Origin: an uncultured delta proteobacterium
Lineage (GTDB): Bacteria; Myxococcota_A; Polyangia; Fen-1088
Reading direction: 5' to 3'
NCBI GenBank assembly: GCA_963767925.1
Contig: CAVYGB010000010.1
Location: 64,001-128,000 of the forward strand
DNA: 64,000 nucleotides
Shown: piece after piece, positions 61,529 to 64,000 of the stretch
Layout of the letters: the number at the start of each line of letters is the position of its first letter
Position numbering within the stretch: the stretch's first letter is position 1
Made by a program: the position numbers and the translations under genes
The notes under the pieces: model-generated
Told to the model about the DNA's origin: nothing
Databases searched by the model: none
Seen by the model: the letters and a program-made list of their open reading frames with translations, nothing else

Positions 61529-61645
61529 GGCTAATACGACTCCGCTACAAGCGGCGGCCATACTAGCAAAAGCGGCCCCGGTTTGCCCCTGGCGCCGGGC
61601 GTGGGCGTCGGCGGTGCTCGCCCGGGCGCGCTACCCGGTGCCCGC

Positions 61646-63004
61646 TCAGCGCGGGCCTTCGGGGCGGCCGTAGACCGGCTCGAGGTTGCGCAGGTCGGGC
61701 GGCTGGCTCGGCCCGCGGGCGGGCGGGGGCTCGGCCGCGGGGCGAGCCTTGGCGGCCGCCGCCGGGGAGCCCGGCTTCTTGCGGATGACCACCAGCTCGA
61801 CCCGCCGGTTGCGCGAGTGGACCTCGTTGTTCCGCCCGGGCGCCCGCGGCTTGCTCGACCCGAAGCCCTTGGCGGTGAGCTTGGACTCTGGCACTCCGAA
61901 GCCGACCAGGGTGGCGCGCACGCGCTGGGCGCGCTCCTCGCTGAGCCACATGTTGAAACGCTCGGGCCCCCGCAGATCGGAGTGCCCCTCGATCTCCAGC
62001 CGCTCCCACTCGGGGTGCTGCTTCCAGAGCATTACCACCACCGACAGCGCCCGCTGGCCGCTGGTCCGCACGCGGGCCCGCTCCGAGTCGAACAGGACCG
62101 CCTCGTCGAGGACGATCCGGTCGTCGATCACCTCGATGGCCGGCTCGGGGCCGGCGGCGGCGCTGGAGGCGTCGTCCGGGCACCCGTCGGTGTCGTCGAT
62201 CCCGTTGACCACCTCGGCCTGCAGCGGGCACTGATCCCGAGCGTCGGCGATGCCGTCCTTGTCGTTGTCCAGGTCGGGACAGCCGTCCTGATCCTCGAAC
62301 TGGTCGAGGTCCTCGGGCGTCTTGGCGCAGCGGTCCTGGGTGTCCATCACCCCGTCGCCGTCGGTGTCGCGCGGGGGCAGGTCACCGGGGATGGGCTGCA
62401 GGGCCATGCGCGGGGGCTGCATCCGCTCGATCTTGCCCTTGTCGAAGATCGCCACCTCGAGGCCCAGGAAGGCCATCTTGGCGTCGGCTCCCGCCGGCCC
62501 GCTGCCCCGCTGCAGGCCATGCAGGTAGCGCAGGGAGGGGCCCAGCACCATCGAGCCCACCCGGAAGCCGAGGCCGGCCCCCGCCTCCATCACCGGCAGG
62601 GTCGTGCTGCGCATCAGCCCCGCCCCGGCGCCGACCTCCATCCACAGCCCGAGCCCGGGCCCCTTCAGCGGTCGGGCGAAGGGGGTCAGGCGGGCGGCCA
62701 GGGTCAGCGCGCCCAGCGTGCCCATGCCCGGATCCGGCTGCGCCGGATCCACATCGCCCGCGCCGAACGCCCCCGCCCGCAACCGCAGGCCGGTCAGGGC
62801 GTGGCTGCCCAGCGATTGGTAGGCCGCCACGGCACCGGACCCGCCGGGCCCATTGAGCGACGGCTCTGGCTCGCTCTGCGCGACGCCGGCGCCCGCCTCG
62901 CCGACAAGAAACCAGGTCTCCTCGGCGACCGCCGGCCGGGCGGAGGAGAGCAGCCCCAGGAGGCCCGCACCGACGACCACCGTGATCTTTCCACGTCTGA
63001 GCAT
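61646..63004 (-). CDS. OmpA-family protein: beta-barrel, TSP3 Ca-binding repeats, peptidoglycan-binding domain
   Basis: DTDGDG..D..D.C, DGCPD repeats; IEGHSD, N..LSEERA, NRRVE. Confidence 0.92.
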   Translation of the reverse strand: MLRRGKITVVVGAGLLGLLSSARPAVAEETWFLVGEAGAGVAQSEPEPSLNGPGGSGAVAAYQSLGSHALTGLRLRAGAFGAGDVDPAQPDPGMGTLGALTLAARLTPFARPLKGPGLGLWMEVGAGAGLMRSTTLPVMEAGAGLGFRVGSMVLGPSLRYLHGLQRGSGPAGADAKMAFLGLEVAIFDKGKIERMQPPRMALQPIPGDLPPRDTDGDGVMDTQDRCAKTPEDLDQFEDQDGCPDLDNDKDGIADARDQCPLQAEVVNGIDDTDGCPDDASSAAAGPEPAIEVIDDRIVLDEAVLFDSERARVRTSGQRALSVVVMLWKQHPEWERLEIEGHSDLRGPERFNMWLSEERAQRVRATLVGFGVPESKLTAKGFGSSKPRAPGRNNEVHSRNRRVELVVIRKKPGSPAAAAKARPAAEPPPARGPSQPPDLRNLEPVYGRPEGPR

Positions 63005-63105
63005 CTGTCAGGAAGCTCGCCGGAAAAGACCAGGACCTTTAGGGGAACCCGGATGCAACGCGACGCTCGCGGCCGAAAGACGCCAGATTCGCCCGGTGTC
63101 TTACA

Positions 63106-63999
63106 TCAAGCGGCCAGCTCGACCCCCAGGGGCCAGCTCTCCTCGCGCAGGGTCGGCTCGACCCGGGCCAGCTCGGCCCGCAGGCCGGCCATGCCGACCC
63201 GCTTGCGGGGATCGGCCCGCAGCCCGGCCTCGAGCACGTCGACGAGCGAGGCGAAGCGCCGGTCGGCCCGGAGGGCGCTGAGCCCGTCGGGGGCGCCGTC
63301 GTGGGCGAAGTGGGCGGCGACGACCGCCGGCAGGGTGTCGCCCTGGAACAGGCGCCGCCCCACGAACAGCTCGTAGGCCAGGCAGCAGAACGAATAGACG
63401 TCGGCCGGCGCCGGCTCGGCCGGGGGGCCCGCCCCCTCGGTCACCCAGACCTCGGGCGCCCCGTAAAACGGGCTGGCGCAGCCCGGGCGCACCTTGCGGC
63501 CGGCGAGGCCGAAGTCGACGAGCACGGCCGGCAGGGTCACCGCCGACAGGTGCAACGCCGCCGAGTCGGGCGGCACCTCGATGGCCCGCATGATGACGTT
63601 GGCCGGCTTCACGTCGAGGTGCCCGATTCCGAGCGCGTGCATCGATTGCAGGCCGGACGCTATCCCCTCCAGGATCGAGAAGGCCAGGGGGAAAGTGAGA
63701 TCGCGCCGGGCCAGCACCCGTTCGATGGTTGGCCCCTCGACCAGCTCCATCACGAGGATCGGCTTGGGCCGGGCCCGCGCATCGAAGGTCACGAAGCTCG
63801 CCAGGTTCGGGTGCACCGGCAGGGTCAACAGGGCTCCCGCCTCCTCCCGGAACAGCCGCAGGAACTCCTCCTCCGACAACATCCGCGCCACCGAGCCGTC
63901 GTACGACGGGATCTTGAGGGCGAAGCGCTCGGCGCCGGGGTCGTGGCGATCTTCGGCCCGGCAAACCACGAACACCGAGCCGGCGGTGCCCCGGCCGAT
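63106..63999 (-). CDS. Ser/Thr kinase domain at the C-terminus of a protein running off the window
   Basis: IGRGTAGSVF, ALK, HPNL, HLDVKPAN, DFG, YGAPE, DVYS. Confidence 0.85.
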   Translation of the reverse strand: MGRGTAGSVFVVCRAEDRHDPGAERFALKIPSYDGSVARMLSEEEFLRLFREEAGALLTLPVHPNLASFVTFDARARPKPILVMELVEGPTIERVLARRDLTFPLAFSILEGIASGLQSMHALGIGHLDVKPANVIMRAIEVPPDSAALHLSAVTLPAVLVDFGLAGRKVRPGCASPFYGAPEVWVTEGAGPPAEPAPADVYSFCCLAYELFVGRRLFQGDTLPAVVAAHFAHDGAPDGLSALRADRRFASLVDVLEAGLRADPRKRVGMAGLRAELARVEPTLREESWPLGVELAA

Positions 64000-64000
64000 C

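Overview
Very GC-rich bacterial chromosome segment. Gene content suggests Myxococcota/Polyangia (inference): Hanks kinases, REC-GAF-HD-GYP, DUF1592/DUF1552 pairs, Cys-rich lipoproteins, OmpA-TSP3. About 50 densely packed CDS are present, including housekeeping gyrA, hemL, coaX and slyD. I saw no rRNA, tRNA, CRISPR array or mobile element. Main points: (1) an 8-gene minus-strand envelope-glycan operon (39.0-47.3 kb) built around a plant-type UDP-apiose/UDP-xylose synthase, with GT2, an AlgX/AlgJ-like O-acetyltransferase, a TolB-like lipoprotein, SirB1-TPR, a CE4 deacetylase and a GNAT; it shares a promoter 12-mer with a Tat-protein/GT-C-TPR gene pair at 59-61.5 kb; (2) a membrane-anchored Four-jointed/Fam20-like kinase; (3) an 1841-aa lipoprotein of 16 Cys-stapled Ig-like repeats; (4) two inverted DUF1592/DUF1552 modules; (5) 10-, 12- and 6-bp tandem repeats upstream of genes; (6) a collapsed aldehyde-oxidoreductase pseudogene. 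The frameshifts in the flotillin pair and at 52.8-54.85 kb look like sequencing errors. All family assignments come from motif recognition by eye, not database searches.
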